A DNA stretch of 63,601 nt, filler included, from Choristocarpus tenellus KU-1152 (lineage: Eukaryota > Protista > Phaeophyceae): NCBI GenBank assembly GCA_964200185.2. It is 12 parts of 12 records of this genome, joined end to end, with 100 filler letters (N's around TTAATTAATTAA, not from the genome) between each part and the next. Parts side by side here need not be neighbours in the genome. Positions count along the whole stretch, not along the records: positions 17,712 to 24,472 come from CAXNAD020007407.1; positions 24,573 to 30,733 come from CAXNAD020008799.1; positions 30,834 to 42,564 come from CAXNAD020002165.1; 9 more parts are not named here. One strand, given 5' to 3'. The notes under the pieces were generated by a model that saw only the letters and a program-made list of their open reading frames with translations, had not been told where the DNA came from and made no database searches. This document shows, piece after piece, positions 23,151 to 35,132 of this stretch (its first letter is position 1; every line of letters starts with the position of its first letter). Position numbers and translations under genes: made by a program.

Positions 23151-24055
23151 GGGTTAGGTCCTAGGCAGAAGATCGTACTATTGTGTCTGTCAAGACACCT
23201 ACGCTTGTAGTGGGCTCGTGCAATGTAACACAACAGCTTCTATATCCAGTACACCATCATCAGGAACTCATAACCTTATTCTCCGCTTAACTCTCCACAC
23301 TCTCATTGACACATACTCACGAAGTGGTCAAGGAAAGTTGGACGTGCGTGTTTCCTGATGCCATCTTCAGCCTCGTCTTCCCAGTCATATTGTAAGGGTC
23401 GCAAATTGTGCGACATTAACCTTCTTGTCAGCGATAGGTAAACTTGTTAGCTTTGTACTGCAGCGAAAAAAGAGTTGATGCTCTGGACCTTCAAGTGATA
23501 CTTCTCTTGGTCGTTGTCTACCTGGTTACTACTCTACCGTGGTCACACGGTCATTGGTTCCACACTTCAAACGATCGTGTTTCAGCCGCTCGACTGCACT
23601 ATGTTGGATAGACTGCAGCAGTGACCTTGCGCTCAGATAAGTGGGTGGAAGTTGGAGGTCTGGTGTATACTTGTAACAGCAACACAGTACTGGAGTATGC
23701 ATACCTCGTAACTCCCTCAAAAGAAATGGAAAAACGAATTCTCTGATCTCTATATTTGGTTTTTTTACGAAATGAACAACCAATTACCTCAGAAGATAAC
23801 TCCATACATCATTCAGGTATACATTTTTTCATTTTTTACTATATTCCTTTACATTTCTCTTTTTTTCTCTATTTCTTTGTTCCATTTCTTTATTTCTTTT
23901 TCAAAGGATCATATCTTCTATAATTTCCTAACATAATAATAGTACTAAAAAGATTTTCATGCACTTTTTTTAAGTTAGCCTACCTACATCATCCACAACT
24001 ATATCATCAAATCTGTATAGGTCAATCCAGAAAGAGGAACCAAACATACCTGCTC

Positions 24056-24262
24056 TATACATCAGGTGCAACTGGTGTAGTTGAGAAGTAAGTAGAACAA
24101 GAAAACCATCTTTGGTTGAGTTGGTAAGGTTAAATTGTACAGGTGATACATAAAAAAGTATACATCAGGTGCAACTGGTGTAGTTGAGAAGTAAGTAGAA
24201 CAAGAAAACCATCTTTGGTTGAATTGGTAAGGGTAAATTGTACAGGTGATACATAAAAAAGT
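24056..24262. repeat. 103-bp direct tandem duplication
   Basis: tacatcaggtgcaactggtgtagttgagaag...gatacataaaaaagt repeated twice with ~2 differences. Confidence 0.92.
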
Positions 24263-24400
24263 CTATTTTGGATCTGTATCCTTCCATTTTGGGTTAAGGT
24301 TATAGGGTTGGGAAATCAACCAGCAAACTACATGATGACATATGTCATTATGAAAAAAAAAATGCATTTTATTTTACAACACATCAGCAAAACAATAGTT

Positions 24401-24472
24401 TGTGAATCGTGTGATTCTGTGGCGGCGTGGTTCACTCAGGCAAGGGTGGCGAAGAGAATCACCGGGCAAGAC
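24401..24472 (+). mobile_element. End of a repeat beginning TGTGAATC (probable LTR edge) at contig end
   Basis: Near-identical reverse-complement copy at 30834-30898; the match ends at TG/CA in both. Confidence 0.7.
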
Positions 24473-25166
24473 NNNNNNNNNNNNNNNNNNNNNNNNNNNN
24501 NNNNNNNNNNNNNNNNTTAATTAATTAANNNNNNNNNNNNNNNNNNNNNNNNNNNNNNNNNNNNNNNNNNNNTAAAAAAAAAAATATTACTTTTTGTCTT
24601 CTTTTTTTTTCAAATTATTGGTTAAATGCAGATACTATATATATATATATATTTTAGCGTTATTTCCCTGCGGCATTGTATCGTGTCAAGACGTGATCAC
24701 TTCCTGCAAAAAAAAACTGTGCTATTTTTATATTTCAAAGATGCTGCCTGCTACTTGTTCGTTGCTCAGCTTCTTTGATTGGCTGTGAAGAGTACTAGCA
24801 ATCTTTTTTTTTTTTGCGTTGTCTTCTATTGACGTTTGCAATGATAATTGTTGGAGTCGATCAGGGGGATTTACGGTAGCCATGGTGTTATGCATGAGGA
24901 AGATGAATAGAGGTCTTATGAATAGAGGATGTATGTAATCTGTATGTATGTATGTAATCTTAATCTTCGCTAATGTTATCATAGTATCTATCCCTCCATT
25001 CCATTCCACTTTTATTTGCATGGAGAGGCGCCAACTCCTTGTTTTTTTTTTTGTTTTTTTATCCAATGACTACCATTCCCCCCTTTTTTTTGATCCATAT
25101 CTGTCAAAAGCTGATGCACATTCTGTTGCATACAACATTCCGTCCATACCACACTGTGTGTGTTAG

Positions 25167-25262
25167 GTCTATGGGAAGCTGAAGAGATATGCCAGGGAAT
25201 CCAAGGGGGGAGCAAAGCTAGGCCCTGTGGAGGCAGCTGTCCTCGGGGCGGGAGCAAGCATG
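25167..25262 (+). CDS. Single exon resembling a mitochondrial carrier (SLC25) repeat
   Basis: ttag|VYGKLKRYARESKGGAKLGPVEAAVLGAGASM|gtaata: 96 bp, phase 0, with the Y..LK....L...E....GA.AS pattern. Confidence 0.55.
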
Positions 25263-25698
25263 GTAATACATGGCGACTAGAGAGGCTCGAACGCCTCCAT
25301 ATACTAGTGACATTGAACCACGAATGCATCCACATGTTGGATGAATCATGATTGAACTCATTTGTGCTTCACAAATAAGTAGGAAAAATGTGTGTACAAA
25401 TGTTTGTATGTTGGGGTTGAAGGAGTGGTGAAGAAGTACAAAGCATTTCTAATTAGAAATCTTGCGTCACAAATCATGTGCTGAGTACTGCTCAATAATG
25501 AGGAATGATGTAGAAATCCCGATTTGTTGATGTAACCTTGTTGGTTACCATATGCACATGATATGTAGATATCAGTCACCATCTTATCACGTATAAATAA
25601 TTTGTCCCCATGTGTCCAGAGAGAAGATAGCTGTATATTGGTGATTTATTGGTGATATGTCCCCACCTCATCTTTACTTACAAATACTATGTTGTCAT

Positions 25699-25940
25699 TT
25701 AACAGGAAAGAGCAATCACCCACAAATCTTACCTTATTATTTAGTGGGAAAGAACAATCTTACATAAATCTTATGTTATGATCTAATAGGAAAGAATAAT
25801 CATGTACATATCTTATGCTGTGATTTAGTAGGAGCAATTCTGTTCAAAGTCTTAGGTCATGATTTAATAGGAAAGGACTGTGTACATATCTTACTCTGTC
25901 GAAATTCAATAAGAAAGAATAATTGTGTACAAACCTTACG
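25699..25940. repeat. Degenerate ~41-42 bp AT-rich minisatellite, ~6 units
   Basis: Consensus approximately tttaataggaaagaacaatcatgtacaaatcttatgttatga. Confidence 0.75.
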
Positions 25941-27355
25941 TTACTACTACTGTAATTACATACAGCATTTCATTCCCTCAATTCCTCTGTAGATTGTAAG
26001 AAAACATGTATTAACCCCCTTCATAAACTAACACGTGTCCTTGGTAACATGATGTCTATAGAGCGTGATGTTGGTGTCCCTTAACTTTTATAAGTTGAAC
26101 ACATGTACCCCTATAGTATTCCGTATATCGGTGGTCAGTGTTCCCATTTTGTGTGTCAGTACCAAACACTCCTCTGAGCCAAAGCAGGCAGGGTTGCGCT
26201 TTAATGATCCTCAGCGAGGGAGGGCAGTTAGATTTTTTTTTGTACAATAGGAGAAAGAGCGTTTGTGTGGCGTCATTTGGCGTCATTCGGCGTCACTTCG
26301 CGTGTGGAGAGGGGGGTTATCAATTTTGCTTACACCATTGCGGACATAATAGCAATGAAAGATGGTGCGTTTGACGGGGTAAGAAAGATGACTTACAATG
26401 CAATAGGGTCCAAACCTGCCTACCTCTCAATTGGTTGTGCTCTCTGTTAAGACATGGACAAAGATTTGCGGGGGCAACTCGTCCTCTGCACAGCATGGAC
26501 AAATATTTGTCGAACCACTTCCCTATCTATGTGAACGCGAACAACTGTTTGTGATACAAACGTTAGTGGTACCTCTCACACGCATACAGAATGCGTACAA
26601 ATAGTTGTACTTACCACTCTCCTATCTGCATGAGATGAACAAACGGTTCCCTGCTATCTGCAAGTGCATCGATCTGAATCCCTTCACAATGATACGCCCT
26701 TGTGACCTCGAGTTGTACGTCACAGTGCGTTGATTTGTCGAGACTTCGTGTTGTCGTTGGAAGATCTATCTGTCCCGCAACACTCTCAGAAATGTGAATG
26801 ACTACGATGGACATCAGGCCCCCAAAAGTAAGAGTCAACGCCTAAATCTTTGATCTGTGAGAGTGTGCCCCGACGTGCGTAACTCAGACTTATGACAGGA
26901 ACGGCCATTGATATTTACGATTCGTGAATGCATCCCATACACTGATTGTAAACACACAGGCTGTTCTATGGGTGCAAATGCCGTGTTCTTGTCAGGCACT
27001 TTAATAGTATTGCAATGTGATTTTCAGAGCCCTACGGGGTTGTACTTTTACTGTTCGATCGGTTTCTGGCCGTGAAGGTTTGTTCAACCATATGAAACTG
27101 TTTATGTAACTGTCAGATGCGAGAAATGTTGCAGTCACAATGACCGGCGTTGTATTTGCTCTAACAGTGATGAGAAAATATCGAGAAGAGGAAATGAACA
27201 GCAGGGTTCGTTTTTTCAAAACGTAAACATCCACAAGAATAAAAAAAATTGTGCGCAGAAGTAGTTCTGGGTGTGGTGTTTGCCTCACGGTATGTTCTGG
27301 TCTATGGTTGGAATTCTGTCTTTTGACAGTACAATGATGCTTGTTCTATATGTTT

Positions 27356-27630
27356 TTATGCCCTCTGACATTTTGCGGGGGGGTGTCAGGGGAAGTCAAT
27401 GAATAGACAATTCAGTATCATAAGAACCCCTGTAAATGTAACCGTTGTTGTAAATGTGGAAGATATTTTTCTATATTCTATTTACTATCGACTACCAGCT
27501 ATGCCGCACCACTCCCCTACCATGCCTCCAACCTAGCTTAGCCCTACACCACACAGGGCGAGGAGCTAGGGAAGCATTCCAATAATCTGACAGGCGCCTC
27601 CTTGCCCATCTCCCTGGTTTCTCCAGCTTA
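27356..27630 (-). mobile_element. CRE-like retroposon 3' fragment, inverted
   Basis: Reverse complement of the 3' UTR and tail (ttatgccctctgacattttg..tgtcagggg..ctagggaagcat..ctccagcttaaaa). Confidence 0.82.
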
Positions 27631-27736
27631 AAATAAAAGTATGACGTTGTTCTATCAAAATGATGGTTGTCATTTTTGACTTGACGGTATGGTTTCAGTT
27701 TCGATTTTTACAATGCTGTTACGATTGCGATGTGTG

Positions 27737-28280
27737 AAAGCGCACCCACTACGAGGGCTCTTACGACTCTTGTAGTTTTAACCTCAACACCTTTGTAGTG
27801 GATAGTTTTGGGCGCCTCGGTAAGCAAGCGGAAAGTTTTCTGGGTGAGTTGGCTACGCATGCAGTAGGGGGGAGAGGGGTGGAAGGCTACTGCAGGAAAG
27901 GAGCCGTTAAATCCCGTTTACGACAGGTGGTCTCTGTCACAACACAAGTGTCTCTATCAAGACATGTCATGTGTTTTATGCTGGAGGCACCAGCATAGGC
28001 GCCAGCATGGGCAAGAAGGGATATGTCAGATTCTTGGGATGCTTCTCTAGATCCTCGCCTGGTGGTGAAGGGCTAAGGTAGGTTGGAGGTATAGGAGGGA
28101 AGTGGTGTAGCATAGCTGGTAGTCAAATAGTAAATGGATGATACTCTGGAGAAGAAAAATATCTTCCACATTTACGACAATTGTTACTTTTACAGGAGTT
28201 CTTGTGATATTGAAGCAGATTTTTCGTTGGTTTTTCCCCAGACACATCTACAAAATGTTATACAGGGCATAATAATGTAT
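27737..28280 (+). mobile_element. CRE-like retroposon 3' fragment (copy 4)
   Basis: DSFGRLGKQAESFLGELATHAVGG..KSRLRQVVSVTTQVSLSRHV followed by the tail. Confidence 0.87.
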
Positions 28281-29205
28281 AATTTTATCAATTTTCCATC
28301 GACAATAATTGACAACAGTATTGGTTTGGCTTTCTTTGACACATCTGCAAAGTGACAGAGGGTGTAGTAATATATGTATATATGACAACAGTGACAACAA
28401 CAACATGACCCTTACACAGATGTTCAACGCAGCGACAGGGGCTCTGAAACGTTCCTATACAGAGGGAAACCAACCAATGCATTAGATAGCAGCGATAGCC
28501 ACGTACACTGTATAGCCTGGTCGTGCTATGAACTGATCCAGAAAATATTTTTTTTTGCCGTTTGATATTTTGGAGATGTGTCACGGGAATTTTTTTTGCT
28601 GGGATTCCAGTAAGAAATTGGAGCCCGGTAGAGCTGTATAATTCTTTTTCATTTATCGCAAACGTCAATAGTTTTATTTTTAGTCATACTGTGTGTCGTT
28701 GACCAAATTGAAACCCTGTTTGGGATTGAGACTACCAGCCCCACGATCTGCGACCGTTATCAATAGGATACGCATATTTAGAGCTCTTGACCATTCTAGA
28801 ACAAGAAAATAACAGTGTGCTACGTGCTTTTTGCCATTAGGAGTACAAGGTATTCGAATTAATATTATATATATCCTTAGTGTTTTATTGACACAATTAT
28901 AGTGAGGACTATAGTAATGGTACAATATTAGTATCTGATATCTGATTGACGTTTTGTTGGTTTTTTCCCCTGGCACATCTGCAAAATGTCAGAGAGCATA
29001 ATAATAATAATAATAATATTTCCAGTCGAATGAGTTAAAGATTGAAGATTTACTACGTGCAGTTGCCGTGTTGGTATGTTTGTATTTTGCAGTCAGTATG
29101 CCGCCGGAAAGTTTGGTTACAGCCAGTGCACCCCATCATGGTAGTGTTGTTCTAAGGTGACGTTACTTGAAGAACTGGACAGTAGGGTACGGTTTGGTGA
29201 ATAGG

Positions 29206-29465
29206 GAGTGAAAGTATCTTAGAGGGTACGAGTTTTGCTATGTTTGACCAGTTGGGGCTTGGCTTCGTACAGTTTTTTTGATGACATTTTCCTACTCCAA
29301 AATGTTTCAGAGTAGGTAAAATGTCTACGTTATGAAAAGGTGTGTCCAGAACATGCATATTGACACTTCCCAACAAACACAACGACCAAAATTATATCAA
29401 AATCTCAACATTGGATTTTGGCCCCCGAAATGGACGCGGCTTTACCCTCTAAGATACTTTGGCTC
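29206..29465 (-). mobile_element. MITE family A, complete, 260 bp
   Basis: TIRs gagtgaaagtatcttagagggta / taccctctaagatactttggctc; perfect 4-bp TSD TAGG. Confidence 0.95.
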
Positions 29466-30576
29466 TAGGTCCAAAGACCACGGTACAGTTATGAAATTGT
29501 TACGGCTTCCAGTGTTTCCACAGTTGCCCACGGTCGGTTGTAGATTTCCAACAGTGAGGTTGTGGTATAGGCCAATCGTTGAAAGCTTCCTCAACTGTAA
29601 CTGTAATCATGAAACCACCAAAGTGTTTGCAGCGATTGTAACATCCGTGTAGGACCCTGTAAATATTCCTGGTTGATTTGATTTGAACTAATTATTCTTT
29701 GGGTTCACGACTCTTTCGATTAGGCTTACATCGCTGGTGATATAAGCCGTACCATCATATAGACCCGATGACCCCTACATACTTTGTGATGGTGGGATCT
29801 TAGATTTCGGGAAAATCAGTTATTTTTGCACTTTTTTTCTAGCCCTATTTACATCTCTGGGCTGCCAATCCCATCGATTATACTTCTATAGTTTTTCTTA
29901 AGGCATGCCAGCAATGAGACCCAGTAGCGTGTTCTGTAATTTGGGTATTATTTTTATTTTTTCATTCCCCTACCTCTCTCTCTCCATACCATGTTCAGAC
30001 AAAAGCAATGGTTTGGAGGATAGAACTGGTTATTTGGATAGTTTGTCTTCTACAGCCTGGCAATATCCTCGCAAATTGTTGTGCACTCTTTGATAGAATT
30101 GTATGGCACTTGCTGAAGCATCACATTTTAGACTTTTGAGCCCCGCATTTGTAGCAAGCTTGGCTCCCGTAAGAAAGGTAACAAAACATCTGCCTTTCAA
30201 ATGTGTGTGTGTTTTTTTGTCACCCGTCATTGTAGGCTTTACCTGGTCCAACAAATGTCACGGACGGTAAGAGATCTGAAACAGCAGGAAACTATTGAAC
30301 AATGATGAGCAACCAGCTTTCCACCTGCACATTTATACCACAACACAGGTGATTTCTTTGTTCGCACACTACCAAAGAGTGTGCTGCTTCACCAAGAAGA
30401 TAATGATGTAGAATGTGCTTTCTTAAGTTACAGCAAATAGCGATTCCTATCTATAAGGGGGGGGAGTTCCTAATCTCCGTAATCACGCTTTCACGCAATT
30501 CTGTAGATCACCAACTGAAACATTTCCTAGAATTTTACAGCATCGCTATAGTATTCCAATTTCTCTATCCATCACT

Positions 30577-30733
30577 GGCTTGAAGTATCTGGAGGGGGTG
30601 GCAGCTGTCCATTTCGGGTCAATTTTTAATGCCCCGATTTTGGTGTGATTTGGTTGCATACGTTGGATGGATAATGTAAATGCACTTTTCCTGATTTTGA
30701 CCCTAATGGGACACCCTGGTGTAGACCCCCCCC
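30577..30733 (+). mobile_element. MITE family B, nearly complete, cut by contig end
   Basis: Matches 37878-38030. Confidence 0.88.
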
Positions 30734-30833
30734 NNNNNNNNNNNNNNNNNNNNNNNNNNNNNNNNNNNNNNNNNNNNTTAATTAATTAANNNNNNNNNNN
30801 NNNNNNNNNNNNNNNNNNNNNNNNNNNNNNNNN

Positions 30834-30898
30834 CCGGTTACTCTCTTCGCCACCCTTGCCTGAGTGAACCACGCCGCCACAGAATCACACGATTCACA
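30834..30898 (-). mobile_element. Second copy of the TGTGAATC repeat end, abutting a CRE tail
   Basis: Reverse complement of 24401-24465. Confidence 0.7.
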
Positions 30899-31107
30899 CC
30901 TCTGACATTTTATATATCTGGAAAATGTAAAAGAGCATAATAATAAAATATGTATATAGTGTGGTAGATCGTTACATACCTCTCCTTGTAGCGCTATATA
31001 GCACTACTACCACTACGTACTCCTACACACTCATCCTGTTTCAATGTTTCAATAAGCCTGACGAGTAACCCTTGCAGCATCTCCCTATGTGTTGATTTCT
31101 TTTCCCC

Positions 31108-34100
31108 ATGCATCTCTGGAGAAAGCAGGAACAAGCAAGGCCTTATGTGCGCGCAGTTTGTTGCACCATTCTGGCCTGTCTGCGCGTCCCAGTGAAGAGC
31201 TTGCTCCACCCAAAAGGTGTCCTCGTAAAGAGTCCTGTTCACAATGAACGTTGGTGGACATCTGGACTTCCTTTGGAAAGACTTGGCGAACGAAAAATGC
31301 GCACCACATTGAAGGAATCCGACCATCGTATGTGGGACTGGTCTTATATTCCTGGCTTATTCGAGAATGCAAGGGGTTACCATCAAGAGAGTGTATCTCA
31401 TGCGGCCAATGGCTTCAAAGCGGGTGCAACATTGTTTGGGAACTTTACGGCAATGGATGGAGGGAATGGCACGGCGACAGCAGCACTCCCGAGTAAAGTC
31501 TCGGAAAATAACAAATATGAACCTTCTTCTATCACCAATGTGACTGATCCTCAAGCCACTTCTGGGGGCTTGGATCCTGGTATGAAATTTGAAGGCCCAG
31601 CAATAGCCTCTCACAAGAATGCCACTATTATCGCTAACCTCACAGCTGGTGGCAATATAACTTCACAGGTGAACCATTTCTTGAGTCCCCTCGACAACAG
31701 TTCACCCCTTGCTTGAGACAAATCTTGAGGTATTCCTCTAATGTCCGAACCACTTCTTGCAGCATCAAATTCAGATCGTGGTAGAGTTCGACTCAATGGT
31801 CGATGATCCGATCGACTAACAGCACTTACCGATGTTGTATCACGTGACCCATCTTAATCTTGTGAAACAAACCCCTTGCTCCTCACGATAAACAATCGAG
31901 TGAATTACGGCAACAAGAGTTTTTTTTGTTCCGTCTTCTGACTGCTCCAGGCTTCGTCACGCCTTCGGGGTGCCAGCGTGGGAACCGCCGCAAGGAGGAT
32001 GGGGGAGCTTGCACCAAACTCACTTCACCATAATAGCTCCATTCCTCACCAGGTCAGAGGCCGGAAGCGCAAAACAAGACGAGTCGTGAGCGTGGGACGG
32101 GTCTCTGGATCATATAAAGAGGGGGGTGAGGGGAAGGTTGCAGTGGTGCCAGTCACTCCTGGAACTACACCGGTGGGAGAAGAGAAGGTTCACCTGAAGG
32201 CAGTGACAGTGAAAAAGGACATGGCACCCGACGACATTGAAGATTTGCTGCAGGAAGTCTTGGCAAGGTTGTCAACCACAGAACGTGAGCTAAGGCAGCT
32301 AAAGAAGCAGGGCGGAGTGGCTACCACATCCAGGGTACGTTCAATGCTGATGTGATACGAAGTATGGGGCATTACTACAGGTCTTTGCACTCAATAACAG
32401 CACACATTGGATAAAGATTGCTACTGATATTGCCCACTATTGTTTCAACCAGCGATCCCCCTCAGGGGTGCATTACATTTTATTGGTGAATGAGAGAGGG
32501 CCAAAAAGAGCTGGGAAGATCCATTCCCATTTTTTTTTTTATCACTGAGATCCTTCCAATGCATCTCCTCACTCCCCTTTTTCTATTACTACTACTTGAC
32601 TGATGAGGCGACTGAGCTCCACCCGAGGAGGCTAGTGCATTTTTTTAACCTGTTGTTCTTGGTTAGTCCCACAGAGTAAGGGTACCAATTAACGCATGTA
32701 ACTAGAACTCAAACCCAATGAAGTCCTGAATATGTGGTCCTCTGATTAGTGACCCTCTCATTACTATCCCTCCTCCTGTCACCCTTTCACCATCCAGACA
32801 GAAGTACGAAGCAGGAAATTTGTGATAGACAAACGGGCGACCACTCTAGGAGCAGCTTTTGTTGGTGGATTCGGGGGCATGGTGCTGGGGTGGTGAGTAA
32901 GATGCGTATCATATTCGGTGAAAACTAGGTAGGTGCGACCACTGCTTTGCAATAATCGAAAACTACACGACCACATTGGGGTACTCTGTGCACTGATTAC
33001 CTTTTTGACTTCCTTTGGTGCCATCAGTTGATTGCCCCTTCTCAGGCGAGAGGGTGAGCCGCTGAGTTGAGTCGTCTGGTCATCATTCAATCCCTTAGAG
33101 AGGTTTTGCCATAGCTTTGAAGGTGAAATGTTGCTTTGGACGGAGAGGTGGCGTTGGTAATTATCGCCAATGCATCACAATTGGTTGTACCACAAGATAG
33201 TCTCCCTCAATCAACATTGTGCAGTTATTTGGTTCATGCAGTGCGCTGATGCTGGATGTTTACAATCCACTTAGAGACATGATGTTGATGCCCTGATGCT
33301 CTGATTGGTAGAAGCTGCTGAGTATTTTGGGCCTGTCTGATGAGCTTGATTCTACAGTTGAGCATCCTTTGCACTACTGAAAGCAGTCCAGCACGGTATG
33401 CTAATCCTGCATACCGTGCAGATTTTTCATGTAGGCACTAGGCTGTATATCTCTCAACACATATTTTTGTGGAAATTGATAACCACGACAGCGTCTCCTG
33501 ACTGTGAGCCGCTGCAGCTTAAAATGCAATATGCAGTATCTGCCTTGGTCGTTTTCGGGTGCAGTATACTTGGAAGCATTTTTTAGGGTTTGATATGTAT
33601 GCTTTGTATCAATGGTACTCACGGGGTATAGGGGATGCTGCCGTATTTGTGGAGGCACGGTTCATACAAGTGAGTGCTGTGTTGTTTGTTATGTCCTTTT
33701 GACTGCCAAGTACTGCCGAAGATGTTTCATAATGTGGACCAGAGATCTTTGAAAGTACTTTTCCTCTTGCGTAGCCTCTGATGGTGTGGTGCTCATCAAT
33801 GGCAACAATAGTAGAGAGTACTTTTAGACGTGTTCTTGAAACACACAGCTGGTTTTATTGCGCCCTGTGGGACCTGATATGTACAGGTGCCTTGCAGGTA
33901 CCATATAGAGAACCTGGAAGAGATAGCTTGTGCATCAACGCGCTCTTGATAGTGATAGTTCAAAGCACTACAGTAGGACCCTTGGGTGTACACTCCCAAA
34001 GGGAAACCTATGCCTCCTTACCCTCCTGCCCCCCCTCTACCCACACCCTTCACTACTGATGTGCTGCTACTCATCTACAAACCAGGTCTGTGTTGCCCAA

Positions 34101-35095
34101 CCTCTGGCTAGTGGGAGCTGTGGGAGGAGTAGTGACGTGTGCTCTCCTATCTCGAACATCTGGCGTTGCGGGGGTGTTCTGCTCAACTTTTGGGGCGCAG
34201 GTGACATGTTTGAGACACGCTGTGTTTCTTCTTTTTCCCTCACAGGACCAGCCTCTTGCCACAGCTGCGTGTGTGTGAGACAAGTTTTTCTTGTTTTTGT
34301 TTTGTTTTTGGTTGTTCTTATTTTTTCTTAATGTTTGTACTCCCCAGCGGGTTGGGCCCCTGATGACGGGCAGCACAATCAAGGGAGTGAGTGTCCTTAG
34401 AGATTGAACTTTGGACTAGCTGCTACCGACAAATTATGGTCGCGTTTGCGCGATGCGCCCTGATACTTGGTTAAGTGGATTTCTGAAAGGGAATTATTTC
34501 TACCTCTCCGAGAGCTCAAATCGTGGCTCTGCTTGTCTGTTGCTCCCCCTCCCCCAAGCTGTTTTGTTTTTATGGATAAGGACAGAATTCTGAGTGTACT
34601 TCGATGCAGGTGTCTCCCGAGACCAGGCGGTTTTTCCACCTTGTGAGAGGGCACTCAATTGATAGCTGTTGGTCGGTACAGATGTCGATGCAGAGAGATG
34701 TCGGCGATGAGGAACTGAGTTAGGTATAGAAGCACATCGTGAGCGTTGGCAACCAACTGACTTGAGAGTAACCGCAGTTTTCTTAGTTTCTTCTTTTTTT
34801 TACTGAGGAAAAATCTCGCGAACAGTTACGCTTGATTCTCCCTAACCTTTGAGGTCCCTCTGTGTTGCTCCGGCCTCTGCTAACAAACAAGCATGTGCTT
34901 TGTTTTGCTAGATTTTTATTATATGTGGTTGTGACAGGCAAGCTTGTACGTGCAAATGGCCCGGGGGGGGGGGGGGGGGGGGGGCCCCACAGGGGGTGCG
35001 TGTTGTCACAAAAGGGGCNNNNNNNNNNGTGTTGTGTGTTGTGTTTTTTTTTGTGTTGTTTGGGTGGGGGTGGGGGGGGGGTGGGGTGGGGGGGT

Positions 35096-35132
<37 letters not shown>

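Noticed and set aside
25699-25940. Regularly spaced ~42-bp motif resembling a CRISPR array
   Set aside because: Whole units are similar to each other, there are no unique spacers and no cas genes, and the context is eukaryotic. It is a minisatellite.
28710-28803. tRNA or tRNA-derived SINE on the minus strand
   Set aside because: Only weak A/B-box resemblance, no cloverleaf, and no second copy seen.
33450-34000. Copia RNase H-like relic in an intron (minus strand); also a non-LTR RT-like relic at ~52200-53050
   Set aside because: Only faint, heavily broken resemblance; boundaries cannot be supported.
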